64,000 nt of DNA from Candidatus Sericytochromatia bacterium. GTDB lineage: Bacteria; Cyanobacteriota; Sericytochromatia; S15B-MN24; JAQBPE01. Location of the stretch: positions 9,385 to 73,384 of the forward strand of contig JBBAPZ010000006.1 in NCBI GenBank assembly GCA_040400605.1, written 5' to 3'. The notes beneath the pieces are model-generated. The model did not search any database, was not told where the DNA came from, and saw only the letters and a list, made by a program, of their open reading frames with translations. Made by a program: the position numbers and the translations under genes. Positions 27,110 to 36,974 of the stretch are shown here, in pieces. Numbering within the stretch: the first letter of the stretch is position 1; every line of letters starts with the position of its first letter.

Positions 27110-28417
27110 TTGGATCGCGTGACGCTTTTACCTGGTGGTTGCCTGCGCGGTCGAATCCAGGCGGCGCCGGACAAGTCAATCTCACACCGTGTGGCGATCG
27201 CCGCTGCCCTCGCCGAAGGCCAAAGCGAGATTCAGCGTTATTTGAAAGCCGAGGATACGCTTTGCACCCTTCACTGTTTGGCAGCATTGGGTGTTCCATG
27301 GCGCTGGATGGATGATGAGGTGCTACAAATTGATGGTGTCGGACTCACTGGACTGCGGGAGCCGGCTGATGTCCTCAATGCCGGTAATTCGGGGACGACG
27401 GCACGGATTTTGTCTGGTGTTCTGGCTGCGCAACCGTTCGTGTCGATTCTCACCGGCGATGCATCATTGCGCCAGCGGCCGATGCAGCGGGTCGTCGAAC
27501 CGCTCGGAATGATGGGCGCGCGTTTCATCGGGCGCTCATCCGCGTCGCGCCTGCCACTCGCCATTTCAGGCGCAGCCCCAACCGCGCTGACTTATCGATC
27601 CCCACGCGCCAGTGCACAGGTAAAAAGTGCCTTGCTGTTTGCCGGTCTCTTTGCAGATGGTGAGACCCGCTTCGAAGAACCGTTGCGATCGCGCGACCAC
27701 ACCGAACGTCTCTTTGCAATGATGGGGGTTCCGATAGTTCGGGAAGCCAATGCCGTCATGGTTCGAGGGCTGCGGCCATTAACCCCCATTCGGATGACGG
27801 TGCCGGGAGACTGGTCCTCTGCTGCATTCTGGCTGGTTGCAGCGTCAGTTGCACCCGATTCGGACGTGCTCATCGAAGGGGTTGGGATTAATCCGACCCG
27901 CACAGGTTTGCTTGATGTACTGGATGCGATGGGGGCCAAAATCGACAGGCTAAATACGCGCGTGGAGGGGGCAGAGCCAGTGTGTGACTTGCGTGTGCGC
28001 AGTGCCAGACTGTCTTCTGTGGAAGTATCAGGTGATCTGATTCCGCGGCTGATCGACGAAATACCTGTTTTGGCGCTTGCATGCGTGCTGGCTCAGGGAC
28101 GAAGCATCATCCGGGATGCATCCGAATTGCGTGTAAAAGAGTCTGATCGCCTGCAGATGACGGCATCACAGTTGAGTCGCCTCGGTGCAAAAATTATCGA
28201 GTGCCAGGATGGGCTGATCATCGATGGCGTTCCAAATCTTGGTGGCGGGTGTGTTTCATCGGCAGGCGACCACCGAATCGCCATGACGTTGGCGATCGCC
28301 GCCCTCCGTGCTACCGACGCTGTTGATCTTAACGGCATTGACTGCATTCGAACCAGTTATCCCAATTTTTGGGAAGACTTCGCCAGTCTTAAACACATCA
28401 ACCAGCCAACACCTTGA
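27110..28417 (+). CDS. aroA: 3-phosphoshikimate 1-carboxyvinyltransferase (EPSPS, class II-like)
   Basis: Motifs DKSISHR, GNSGTT, GDASL..RPM, SAQVKS, RDHTE, NPTR, IDE.P, ELRVKESDR and DHRIAM. Confidence 0.97.
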   Translation: MDRVTLLPGGCLRGRIQAAPDKSISHRVAIAAALAEGQSEIQRYLKAEDTLCTLHCLAALGVPWRWMDDEVLQIDGVGLTGLREPADVLNAGNSGTTARILSGVLAAQPFVSILTGDASLRQRPMQRVVEPLGMMGARFIGRSSASRLPLAISGAAPTALTYRSPRASAQVKSALLFAGLFADGETRFEEPLRSRDHTERLFAMMGVPIVREANAVMVRGLRPLTPIRMTVPGDWSSAAFWLVAASVAPDSDVLIEGVGINPTRTGLLDVLDAMGAKIDRLNTRVEGAEPVCDLRVRSARLSSVEVSGDLIPRLIDEIPVLALACVLAQGRSIIRDASELRVKESDRLQMTASQLSRLGAKIIECQDGLIIDGVPNLGGGCVSSAGDHRIAMTLAIAALRATDAVDLNGIDCIRTSYPNFWEDFASLKHINQPTP

Positions 28418-28690
28418 ATGATGACACACACGATACGACCAAAATACTTGATGACAATGCAAGAACCTTCAAAATCGTGCGCAAATAATCAACTTTGGCT
28501 AAAAACTTGATCACCAAAACAACGCTTTTCTGAATCACGGGCGCGCTCAAGCGTCGGAACAGGCGATCGCAGCCTATCCACGGCGCTTGACCAAAGGCAG
28601 GATCGTGACGTTCTGTCTGACGCGTGATGTCGGCATTTTACGAACCGCGCGATAGTCACACCAAGATGGTGCTCAAGGCGCACGCTCGCA

Positions 28691-29995
28691 TCAGTTTGCA
28701 TTCAAGGCCGTGAGCAGTTCATCCCACTGTGTTTCTTTCGCGAAGGCCGTGTCGCGATAGATGGGATCCACCTTGGCCGCCAAGGGCAGATAAATCGACA
28801 ACCCGCGTGTCACACCCCCTTGTTCATTGGCTGAGCGAGACAGAATGATTGCGCCGCCTTTGTTGAAAAGCGCCTGATTGACCCGTTGACAGGCTGCACG
28901 AACCCGCGCGTCACTGACGCGAAGCTGCAATTGACGGATCACTTCGTTGAGGTCACGGTGGTCAAAATCACTTTTATCCGGCCCCGAGACGTGGAAGGCG
29001 CGAACCGCCTCAAGACTCCGCCGAATGACTGATCGCTGCTCTGGAATGATCCGAAGCAAACTGTCAGCCAATTCATTGACTGCTTGCGTGAGCGGTGCAA
29101 CCCGAGCCATATCAATGGCTGAAACAGTAAACAAGGCCTTTTGTGAACCGAGACGCAACGCACGAAGCACCAAACCCCGCGACAATTCTTGTGCATCCGG
29201 GGTCCGCTCGCGCGTCACCGTCGCCAACGATGCCGGATAATTCATCCCCAGTGCATACGACGAGTCTTCACTTCCCACCATCACGGCTGCCGTGTCGCGC
29301 AACTCATGCGCAACTTCCAGAGACGACATCAAACACGCATCAAAGGTCAAAAGGTCCAGCTTGCGTCCACCAGAACCATCAAGCAAGGCTGAGCGCAATT
29401 GCGGCAACCGCATGATGCCGCCGCCCCGATCATCCTGGGCGATACCGTAATAGCCACCCCCATGATTGTTGATATCAAACCACCGAAACGCTGAAGGATA
29501 CTTTCCAAAAGCCCATTTCATCGACTGAGACAAGGTCTTTGGGCGACTCGTGTCAAGCTCCTGACTTGCAGCCGGTGCATAAGGACTGCTCACACGCTCC
29601 TCCGCTGTGTCCCGACGCATGTAGTACCTGCGCGTGTTCCGTGGACCGATATCATCCGTGAATGCCAAGACATTGACTGCCCGTGTTGACCCGACATGCT
29701 CCAAAATATTGAGGTGCATCGGCAAAGTCAAACCCAAATTGTTATCCAATGCCTTGTAAGTCAGGAACGTCACCCGTTTTGACTGTGGCGACAACGGCAA
29801 TTGCCTCACACGTGTCCCATTTTCATCGACGAGCACGGTGTCTTTGCTGATTTGGGCCTCAATTTCGGGATAATCATCGACAACCGCGCGACTCGCCCAC
29901 TGTCCACCACTTGACTGCAGGACACCGATCGGCGCCTGACACGACCATAACAGCGTTCCCGTCAACACGGACAACCAGGGTTTCAAACGATTCAA
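28691..29995 (-). CDS. Clostripain (C11) family cysteine peptidase, lipoprotein
   Basis: Lipobox LWSC; DNNL; His motif NNHGGG; Cys motif FDACLM; GSE; GLSIY.P. Confidence 0.9.
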   Translation of the reverse strand: MNRLKPWLSVLTGTLLWSCQAPIGVLQSSGGQWASRAVVDDYPEIEAQISKDTVLVDENGTRVRQLPLSPQSKRVTFLTYKALDNNLGLTLPMHLNILEHVGSTRAVNVLAFTDDIGPRNTRRYYMRRDTAEERVSSPYAPAASQELDTSRPKTLSQSMKWAFGKYPSAFRWFDINNHGGGYYGIAQDDRGGGIMRLPQLRSALLDGSGGRKLDLLTFDACLMSSLEVAHELRDTAAVMVGSEDSSYALGMNYPASLATVTRERTPDAQELSRGLVLRALRLGSQKALFTVSAIDMARVAPLTQAVNELADSLLRIIPEQRSVIRRSLEAVRAFHVSGPDKSDFDHRDLNEVIRQLQLRVSDARVRAACQRVNQALFNKGGAIILSRSANEQGGVTRGLSIYLPLAAKVDPIYRDTAFAKETQWDELLTALNAN

Positions 29996-30093
29996 CGGAA
30001 CCTCCCGCTTCGGATTGTCACGCTACACGGAAATTAAGTTTATGAATACATTAAGCCTTTCTTATAATCGTAAAAAAAACAGGAGATGTCAAC

Positions 30094-30121
30094 AAAAAAA
30101 TAACGGGCCACAGGGCCCGTT
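30094..30121 (-). terminator. Rho-independent terminator of clpS
   Basis: Minus strand reads AACGGGCCCTGTGGCCCGTTATTTTTTT. Confidence 0.8.
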
Positions 30122-30144
30122 GTCGATAAGGTACGTTATCAATC

Positions 30145-30426
30145 TCAGAGGTCTTCTTCGATCGAACTGGTGAGACCAAAGCTTTGCAGGCGTTCACAGT
30201 ACATCTCGGCGTGTTCGAGCGGACACGCCAGCACGATGGCAACGCCTTGTTCATGAGCTTCTAACGTGACCGCATGCGCTTGCGACTGGCTGATGCCTGG
30301 AATGGCCTTGTGAAGGGAGCCGATGACGTACTGAAAATCGTGATAATTATCATTGTGCAACAGCACCTTGTACGGGTGATGGGATCTGGTTCCTGATTGC
30401 GGGCGTTCAAGTGTCTGGGCGTTCAA
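30145..30426 (-). CDS. clpS: ATP-dependent Clp protease adaptor
   Basis: Motifs YKVLLHND, EAHEQG.A.V and CPLEHAE.Y...L...GLT..IE. Confidence 0.93.
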   Translation of the reverse strand: MNAQTLERPQSGTRSHHPYKVLLHNDNYHDFQYVIGSLHKAIPGISQSQAHAVTLEAHEQGVAIVLACPLEHAEMYCERLQSFGLTSSIEEDL

Positions 30427-30528
30427 GGTATACTCCTTTGCGTGATCGGGCTGCCTGACTCGTCACTCGGGCCGTTGGCGCGATCGCACTGGCGTTGGAA
30501 CCGGACGGGTGCCGGGTAAGGAGTCGTG

Positions 30529-31047
30529 GTGAGAACATCCCGTATATACCCAATCTTTGGTTGCCTGTATCGTATCTCGACCACAACTGCTGTGCTGACG
30601 ATTGGCTCCTGTGGCATTTTGGGGATGAATCCGAACGTGCAAACGTGGTGGCAACCTGATGCCGAGCACTACTATGTGGAAGGGGCCCTGAGCCAAGGCG
30701 ATGCTGCACGCCCCACTGTTGGCTATGTGCAAGGCGAAGGCGACAACCCGGACCCCGGGAGTTTTGTGCGCATTGGTCAGCCGGGCGCCGGCATCAGCAG
30801 TGCCGGTATTCACGTTCCGTCAGGGTTGGTTATGGTATCGCAGAATAAACGCTTTGGCATCACGTTTCATTCAAACCGTCGGTTTGCGATTATTCGCCTG
30901 TTTGCTTGGGATGATTTCCGTGCCAATCGTGTACGCGATCTCGATGAACCCATCGCCGGAATCTGGGAAATCAAGAAAGAGGATCAACGTGGGTGGCATT
31001 TCAATGCGCCAGCGTGGAACCAATTCAACTTTGCTTTTCACAAGTGA
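30529..31047 (+). CDS. Hypothetical lipoprotein
   Basis: AAGGAG RBS, hydrophobic N-terminus with lipobox IGSC, and a predicted beta-rich body. Confidence 0.6.
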   Translation: MRTSRIYPIFGCLYRISTTTAVLTIGSCGILGMNPNVQTWWQPDAEHYYVEGALSQGDAARPTVGYVQGEGDNPDPGSFVRIGQPGAGISSAGIHVPSGLVMVSQNKRFGITFHSNRRFAIIRLFAWDDFRANRVRDLDEPIAGIWEIKKEDQRGWHFNAPAWNQFNFAFHK

Positions 31048-31081
31048 CAACTACACTCAGATGACACATCGACAATAAAGA

Positions 31082-31103
31082 GGGCTACCAAAACTGGTAG
31101 CCC
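31082..31103. terminator. Hairpin terminator between convergent genes (rplS 3' end)
   Basis: GGGCTACCA-AAAC-TGGTAGCCC, followed on the minus strand by TCTTTATT. Confidence 0.7.
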
Positions 31104-31177
31104 AAAGTCCCTTTAAGATGACACAACCATCAGCGACCGTCGCCACGCGATACCTCAACGGCGACATCACATCAGAT

Positions 31178-31555
31178 TCACTTCGCTGGACGCGCGCTCG
31201 TCTTCTCCTTGATACGGGTAGCCTTGCCCTGCAAACCACGCAGATAATACAGCTTCGCACGGCGCACGTCACCCTGACGGAGAACATCAATCCGATCAAC
31301 ACGCGGAGAGTGCAACGGGAAAGTCCGCTCAACAGCCACACCTTGGAAGGTCCGACGAACCGTCACACTGCGCGATATCCCTGCACCCTGCAATTTGATG
31401 ACGGTTCCTTCATAAGCCTGAATGCGCTCCTTGCCACCTTCACGAATCTTGGCAAATACCTTGACAGTATCACCCGGTGCAATGCGCGGGACCTCAGCCT
31501 TCAGGTGCGGCTTTTCAACAGCAGCGAGAATTTCACGAGGGTTAACCTTGGACAT
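31178..31555 (-). CDS. rplS: 50S ribosomal protein L19
   Basis: Motifs PGDTVKV...[25 protein letters not shown] and [11 protein letters not shown]. Confidence 0.98.
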   Translation of the reverse strand: MSKVNPREILAAVEKPHLKAEVPRIAPGDTVKVFAKIREGGKERIQAYEGTVIKLQGAGISRSVTVRRTFQGVAVERTFPLHSPRVDRIDVLRQGDVRRAKLYYLRGLQGKATRIKEKTSARPAK

Positions 31556-31692
31556 ATTCAGCGAACTCCTAATGACGCATCAAGCGCCTCACGATCGCCC
31601 GCACCGCTCGGCGGACAGGCACACTCTGATTCCTGTACGGATATTAACACGCTTGGCACCTTGGGGTCCAGCCACCTTGGCGTTCCCAAGTG

Positions 31693-32271
31693 TCACGCGA
31701 GTCGTGCCAAAACCAGTTTGGATACACATCGCAAAGTGTCAATTACCCCGACACCATCTTTTGCAACGGCTTGAAACGAAGGACATTTTCGAGGGTTCAG
31801 CGTGGTTTCCAATTCATTTAGCGTGCTGATGTCGCTAAGGTCCCTTTTGTTGAATTGCATCACAAGGGGCAGTTCATTGATGTTGAACCCATAATCGGCG
31901 ACATTGGCCGTCAAATCATGCAACGATAAAACGTTTTCCGCCATTTTCGATCGTTGCGAGTCTGCAACAAACACGACGCCATCCACGCCACTCAAGATCA
32001 GCTTGCGACTGGCCAGATATTCCTGTTGCCCAGGGACGGTGTAAAGGGCGAAACGAGTTTTGAAGCCGGCGACATGACCGAGGTTAATCGATAAAAAGTC
32101 AAAGTAAAGGGTTCGCTCGGTGGGCGTGGCCAAAGAGACCATGTCACCGCGCACGTGGGGTGGCAACTGTTTGAAAATAAACTCCAGATTGGTTGTTTTG
32201 CCCCCCAGGCCCGTTCCGTAGTACACCAGTTTGCAACTGACTTCACGGCTGGCGTAGTTGATGATCGCCAC
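31693..32271 (-). CDS. mglA: MglA small Ras-like GTPase
   Basis: Motifs KLVYYG.GLGGKTTNL, TERTLYFDF, YTVPGQ, GVDGVVFVADS and NKRDL. Confidence 0.93.
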   Translation of the reverse strand: MAIINYASREVSCKLVYYGTGLGGKTTNLEFIFKQLPPHVRGDMVSLATPTERTLYFDFLSINLGHVAGFKTRFALYTVPGQQEYLASRKLILSGVDGVVFVADSQRSKMAENVLSLHDLTANVADYGFNINELPLVMQFNKRDLSDISTLNELETTLNPRKCPSFQAVAKDGVGVIDTLRCVSKLVLARLA

Positions 32272-32291
32272 GATGAACTCCTTTCGCCCCC

Positions 32292-32768
32292 CTAAAAGAG
32301 GTTATCGATTCCTTGATTGGTTGGGTTGAATGGGGGCTTGGTCTCGGTGTATAGCGCCTCCATCTGCATATTGAATTTGGGAAGGGCTTGCATCGTTTTA
32401 AATTTGACCAGGCCGACAGTGACATTGGAACCGAAAACGAGCGCCAGGGAGTCAGTTGTGTCAAGCGCCACAACAAAAATGGATTCGTTATGGCCCTGTT
32501 GGTAAAGTGACCGAAAGTGCTTTTCACCGAGCAACCGAGCCAAGGCGCGGCTGCTCGCAAAAGAACCGCTGATCAACGCGGCGAGCGAGACGGTATCCAG
32601 AGTCCCGGTTTGCCCCTGAGCCGTGATCAATTGACCACTTTTCTCAATGAGAATTACAGCCCGCGCGCCCGTGTCACGCTGTAAATGCGCACAGATGGCA
32701 TTCAGGCTGTTGATGCCCGCTTCGGTGAGGATCAACGTACCGCCAGGTTTGACCATGGAATTGTTCAA
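32292..32768 (-). CDS. mglB: MglB Roadblock/LC7 GAP
   Basis: LIEKSGQLI..G...D.SLAAL..G.FA....LA.LLGE..F..L.QQG; adjacent to mglA. Confidence 0.92.
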   Translation of the reverse strand: MNNSMVKPGGTLILTEAGINSLNAICAHLQRDTGARAVILIEKSGQLITAQGQTGTLDTVSLAALISGSFASSRALARLLGEKHFRSLYQQGHNESIFVVALDTTDSLALVFGSNVTVGLVKFKTMQALPKFNMQMEALYTETKPPFNPTNQGIDNLF

Positions 32769-32786
32769 CCTCCTAATGTTTGCGAA

Positions 32787-33671
32787 TCAGGGCGTCGGTA
32801 CGGTTTGATTCAAGTCACGCCACAAATCGTGTTGCATGGGTACAGTGGCATACAAGGTGTCTTCCAAAATACGCTCCAGGAATTTTTCACCATAAACCTT
32901 GATGACAAAACCGCGCACCTCCTGCCATAAGGGTTGATAAGCGCCCATCAGGCGACTCGTTTGCCAGTTGTCAGGCAAATCGTCGATGACGTGACCCTGC
33001 CGCAGCCTTAAGGCAAGATGACGCGCCCTCGCAGTGTCATTGAACAAACGTTCCAGGGCGTCAACCATTTTTACGCCACTGATGGCCGCGAATTGACTCG
33101 CCACAGTTGTAATGACATCCGTGAACAAGCGCCTCAGAAACTCTTCGTTGGCGCAGTCAACCACGATGCTGCCCGCCTCATGCAAGGTTGTGACCTCCTC
33201 AAGGACCACAACCTCGCCGCGACCTAACTTTAACACCAGTTCACCAAACACGATTCCGTCGCCCAGCGCCTCTTTCCACGCATCACTCAAAGTACCGCCA
33301 TCGCGCTGGGGGGTTATCCTCGAGCGGGTTGAAAAGTAATCAGGCAAGCGAGCCAACAAATCATTCTGCTTCATCAACAAGGCGCTCCCCAAATCGGCTA
33401 CCTGCTTTAAACCGATAGACTCGCCTCTTGGCATTGACTCGTGACTTTCGTTAAATTCAAAGATTCCCGTGGTCCACAGAGACAATTGGGCACAGGCCTC
33501 CCTGTTGCGAAGGTTGGCATGTGCCGCTCCGACAATGGTTCCGGCCTGCAACGTGACCGTGCCGCGCTTTCCTTGCCGCTTAAGGGTCAACTCCCCTGAC
33601 GCGCTCGCCAATGTCAGGATCTGTAGCAAATCCAACAAGCGAAAGTCCTGCAAGCTACCTTCTTTGATCAT
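32787..33671 (-). CDS. DUF4388 (PatA_N-like) domain protein
   Basis: N-terminal GSLQDFRLLDLLQ.L.....SG.L......G......G.IV.A...W..G.FEF pattern. Confidence 0.85.
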   Translation of the reverse strand: MIKEGSLQDFRLLDLLQILTLASASGELTLKRQGKRGTVTLQAGTIVGAAHANLRNREACAQLSLWTTGIFEFNESHESMPRGESIGLKQVADLGSALLMKQNDLLARLPDYFSTRSRITPQRDGGTLSDAWKEALGDGIVFGELVLKLGRGEVVVLEEVTTLHEAGSIVVDCANEEFLRRLFTDVITTVASQFAAISGVKMVDALERLFNDTARARHLALRLRQGHVIDDLPDNWQTSRLMGAYQPLWQEVRGFVIKVYGEKFLERILEDTLYATVPMQHDLWRDLNQTVPTP

Positions 33672-33705
33672 GGTTCAATCGATTCCTCGGCACATGTAAG
33701 GGGTC

Positions 33706-34680
33706 TCACTGCGCAATCAGCACATATTCCGTGATGCCTTCGTCGGTTCCTTCCTGTCGAAATGGACAAGATACCAGTCGACGCACCGGACGAAATCGTT
33801 CCACCAACGCTTTGAAGGCCTTGATGCGAATGGGTTCGGCGCTGTTATAGCCAATAGCCCAGACGGGGAGATGCGTGACGCGTGCAAAAAATCGGTTGAG
33901 GGCGTGTTCATATTGCATTGGACCCAGTGACTCACCCAGTGCAGGTGCGCCATTCGCTGTTTCGTGCGATGGAGGTAAGGCAGGCGTGTGGTGTCCACGG
34001 ACCCAACTTTCGTGCATCCAGATGTGAGCGATACGGTCCTGAGATCCCAGGTGCGTCGGTGGATAACACAGTAACACGTCTGCATCGACACCGGGAGCCT
34101 GCTCGTTGGCGTCACCGAAGATTGCGTGGTTATCCTGACCATTGTCACATACCCAACTGTTTAACCTTTGCACGTAATGCGCAAACAGTTGTTGGGGACG
34201 GTGTTGTTGCGGCGCAGCATTTGGGGATTGATTCAGCCAATGTTTAAGCACCAGGCCAACCGCACCGATGCCGATTGCCTGACTGATTGGATGGCTGGGG
34301 GTTTGTATCAAATGATGATGCCATAGTCCAAGCCATACGATTGCCTCCGGCAGGAGGCCGCATTCCGACCACCCTCGGAATCGGTTCACGATGACAGGAT
34401 CCTTGACAATGACTTGCCACGCCTGCCATTCATCGTGCGTCACGCGGTGGTGACCGTTGGCGATGTAGGCTTGTGCCATCGCATGATGGGAAAGTATCTG
34501 GTCACCGCTCACCACCCGCTTTCCTTCACGCTTGAAGTGCAATCCAAGCTTTGCGTCGCCCGCAAAGGGCTCATAGGCGCTCTCGAACGCTACGCCTGAC
34601 AGCGCGCGTGAGAACAAACTCGGCATGATGCGCTTCTGACGTGCAAGGGGGACACGCGTCGTTGTTTGATCTTGGGTCAT
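33706..34680 (-). CDS. D12-class N6-adenine DNA methyltransferase homologue with degenerate catalytic motif
   Basis: Motif I-like EPFAG..HFKREGKRVVSGD..AQAYIAN, DNGQDN.A...DA and C-terminal EYVLIA. Motif IV DPPY appears as ADVLLCYPPT. Confidence 0.7.
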   Translation of the reverse strand: MTQDQTTTRVPLARQKRIMPSLFSRALSGVAFESAYEPFAGDAKLGLHFKREGKRVVSGDQILSHHAMAQAYIANGHHRVTHDEWQAWQVIVKDPVIVNRFRGWSECGLLPEAIVWLGLWHHHLIQTPSHPISQAIGIGAVGLVLKHWLNQSPNAAPQQHRPQQLFAHYVQRLNSWVCDNGQDNHAIFGDANEQAPGVDADVLLCYPPTHLGSQDRIAHIWMHESWVRGHHTPALPPSHETANGAPALGESLGPMQYEHALNRFFARVTHLPVWAIGYNSAEPIRIKAFKALVERFRPVRRLVSCPFRQEGTDEGITEYVLIAQ

Positions 34681-34710
34681 CGCTAGAAACCTTCATACGA
34701 TCCGTACACG

Positions 34711-35331
34711 TCAAAAGTCCAGCGAACGGGGCCACGAAATGGCAGTTCCTCGGTCACCGGCATCAATTTCCACAACCCATACGTAACGGCCTCGCGGTAC
34801 TTTCCCTGAAAAGATCGCACTCGAGTCACGGGTATGTTCACCCATCCACTTGAATTGATTGGCTCCGGTGATCCGAATGCGATACTGTTTGGCCTGCGCG
34901 TGGGTTGACCAGTGAAACGGCACCACAGTTTGCTCATCGACCACCAAGGCGACACCGTTTTCTGGGTACAGTAACTGGTTGAACGCCAAATCGAATGCGG
35001 GGATATCGACACCCGAACCGACGCCGTCCGTAATCACAGGCGATCGCCACTGGGCGATCTCGTTTGGGACCTGTCGTGGTCCCGGTGCTTGACTCTGAAA
35101 GTACACCTGAACCGGCTGCTGTTGAACGTTGCGAAAAAAATAACGTCCATTGCCGTCGGTCGTCGTTTTTGCCGATACATTGCCGACCAGTGTCACCCGA
35201 CGATTCACGGCTGGCTCCCCATTGTACAACAAGGTGCCACTCACCACGCCTGGCACGTTGACCGATTGGCAACCCGACAAGGCCTGAAAGACCATCACGC
35301 CAAGTGAGAACCACGCCAGGTGGGGCAGCAT
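34711..35331 (-). CDS. Lipoprotein with carboxypeptidase-regulatory-like and Ig-like domains
   Basis: Lipobox LSGC; motif SGTLLYNGEP...TTTDGNGRYFF. Confidence 0.7.
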   Translation of the reverse strand: MLPHLAWFSLGVMVFQALSGCQSVNVPGVVSGTLLYNGEPAVNRRVTLVGNVSAKTTTDGNGRYFFRNVQQQPVQVYFQSQAPGPRQVPNEIAQWRSPVITDGVGSGVDIPAFDLAFNQLLYPENGVALVVDEQTVVPFHWSTHAQAKQYRIRITGANQFKWMGEHTRDSSAIFSGKVPRGRYVWVVEIDAGDRGTAISWPRSLDF

Positions 35332-35334
35332 CGG

Positions 35335-36882
35335 TTAAAAATCAACCTTTGAACGAACGACAAAGGTTTCAGAGGTGATGGGGTCTGACGGTTTTGGAAT
35401 AAAAATACTCTCAATAAGCTTGGCCTGCACGTTGTATTCCGCAATCAGATTTGGAACCCAGGGATTATCAAGCGGAACCTGAACCGAAAAACCGGCGTTG
35501 CGGCCCAATGCCTGACCACCGGGACCTTCTGTCACGCGACCATCTGACCGCCGGGGCGCCAAGACCGTGTAGTGATCCGTGAATGCCATCAACGTTCGGG
35601 GTATGCCCCAAGGTCCCACCAGGGCACGACCGGGCAACTTGACGATCGCACCATAGCTGATGACCCCCACGCTTTGATTGGGATCACTGTTGTACATGAC
35701 CGTTGCGCTTGCCCCGAAATCTTTTGAGCCGCCACGCACACCCCCACCGAACGACGTCAACGCCAGATTGGTCAAATTGGCTTGCAACGTGCCACCCCAG
35801 GGGGCTTCTTGACCAAAATCCAGCACGACGGCCGCGTTATCCGTGGTTTTGACACGCGGATCGCTGCTGTTGAACGCTTGCGTGATGGCCTTGTGGTCGG
35901 TTTCATAGCCGCCTGTGAGTTTGACGGGGCCAATTTTGCCCTCCATTTGCCAGATCACGATGTTTGAGTTGACACCACCCCGCACAGTCAACGCTCCCAA
36001 CGTCGTTTCCCCAGTCAAACCGACATCGCTGCCAACTCGCAGTGCCGATGCTGCGGGCTTTAGGCCGCCCACACCCACTATAAAACTGTCGTAAAAATTC
36101 AGACCCGTTTCCGGCCCGAAATCAACCAGCCAAAGCGGGAATCGACCGACATTGATGACCGTTGAACCAATTGTTGACGTCACCCTGGCTTCGCGAAAGG
36201 TCACGTTGGTATCCGCTGGCGTTTTGCCCAGCGCCCCAGCCAGGACAGAAGGAATGTCACCGGATCCCGAGGCTTTAATGGCACTGCCAATGCTGGCATT
36301 GAATGCTGTGTTATCGCTGATGACCCCGCGAACGGTCAGGTTCATCAAGGAGCCAATATAGGGCGCCGTCCTATCTTTGCCAACATCAAGCAATTCGTCG
36401 GCCACCAGCGAACGGATGTCACCTTTGATTTGAGCGGAGCGCTCCAAAGTGGTCTTGAGGGTCTGGTTGCTCTTTTCGACCTCAGCCATCCGGGATGCGA
36501 GGCTGTCAAGCTCTTTTTTAAACTCACCCTTCAAGCGCTCAATCAACACCTTGTCAGATGCACTCGCCCCGCGCACCGCAACCGGCGTGCCAGCTCCCTC
36601 GCGTCCCTCCTTGACCCCATCCAGACGCCGAAGCAGGTTATACAAAGAGGCTGCGAGCTCATAGCGACTGACAGCCTTGGCGCCGCGGAATGTGTTATCC
36701 GGGAAACCGCTCATCACCCCATACCGCTCGATCAGACCCTCAACCGCTTGATAGGCCCAATGCTCAGGCGCCAAATCGTGCATCTCGGCTGCCGCCGGTG
36801 CAGCCCAGGCAGGACGAATCTGGCCACACAAGCACAAGGCTGCGACAAAGGTGATACCAAAATGGTTGACAGGACGTGACAT
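35335..36882 (-). CDS. SLH-domain outer-membrane beta-barrel porin (cyanobacterial/OmpM-like)
   Basis: Signal peptide AWA; SLH motif D...HWAYQAV..L..RYG..GFPD.TFRG...SRYE.A; coiled coil; beta-strand-rich body ending in F. Confidence 0.85.
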   Translation of the reverse strand: MSRPVNHFGITFVAALCLCGQIRPAWAAPAAAEMHDLAPEHWAYQAVEGLIERYGVMSGFPDNTFRGAKAVSRYELAASLYNLLRRLDGVKEGREGAGTPVAVRGASASDKVLIERLKGEFKKELDSLASRMAEVEKSNQTLKTTLERSAQIKGDIRSLVADELLDVGKDRTAPYIGSLMNLTVRGVISDNTAFNASIGSAIKASGSGDIPSVLAGALGKTPADTNVTFREARVTSTIGSTVINVGRFPLWLVDFGPETGLNFYDSFIVGVGGLKPAASALRVGSDVGLTGETTLGALTVRGGVNSNIVIWQMEGKIGPVKLTGGYETDHKAITQAFNSSDPRVKTTDNAAVVLDFGQEAPWGGTLQANLTNLALTSFGGGVRGGSKDFGASATVMYNSDPNQSVGVISYGAIVKLPGRALVGPWGIPRTLMAFTDHYTVLAPRRSDGRVTEGPGGQALGRNAGFSVQVPLDNPWVPNLIAEYNVQAKLIESIFIPKPSDPITSETFVVRSKVDF

Positions 36883-36974
36883 CAGACTCCTCGGGTCATA
36901 GGGACAACTTCACGGTGCTTCACAAGACGAGACCACACCGGCGGGCATACCCCCGCCAAAACCGTCTTGGTTGC

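Noticed and set aside
30423..30617. 64-aa minus-strand ORF abutting clpS
   Set aside because: It overlaps the better-supported plus-strand lipoprotein gene and its RBS, and has no motif.
31556..31692. L19 leader RNA upstream of rplS
   Set aside because: A GC-rich hairpin is possible, but I cannot match the family by eye. It needs an Rfam search.
33706..34680. Active restriction-modification or defence system
   Set aside because: The catalytic DPPY is absent, and there is no nuclease, specificity subunit or mobile context nearby.
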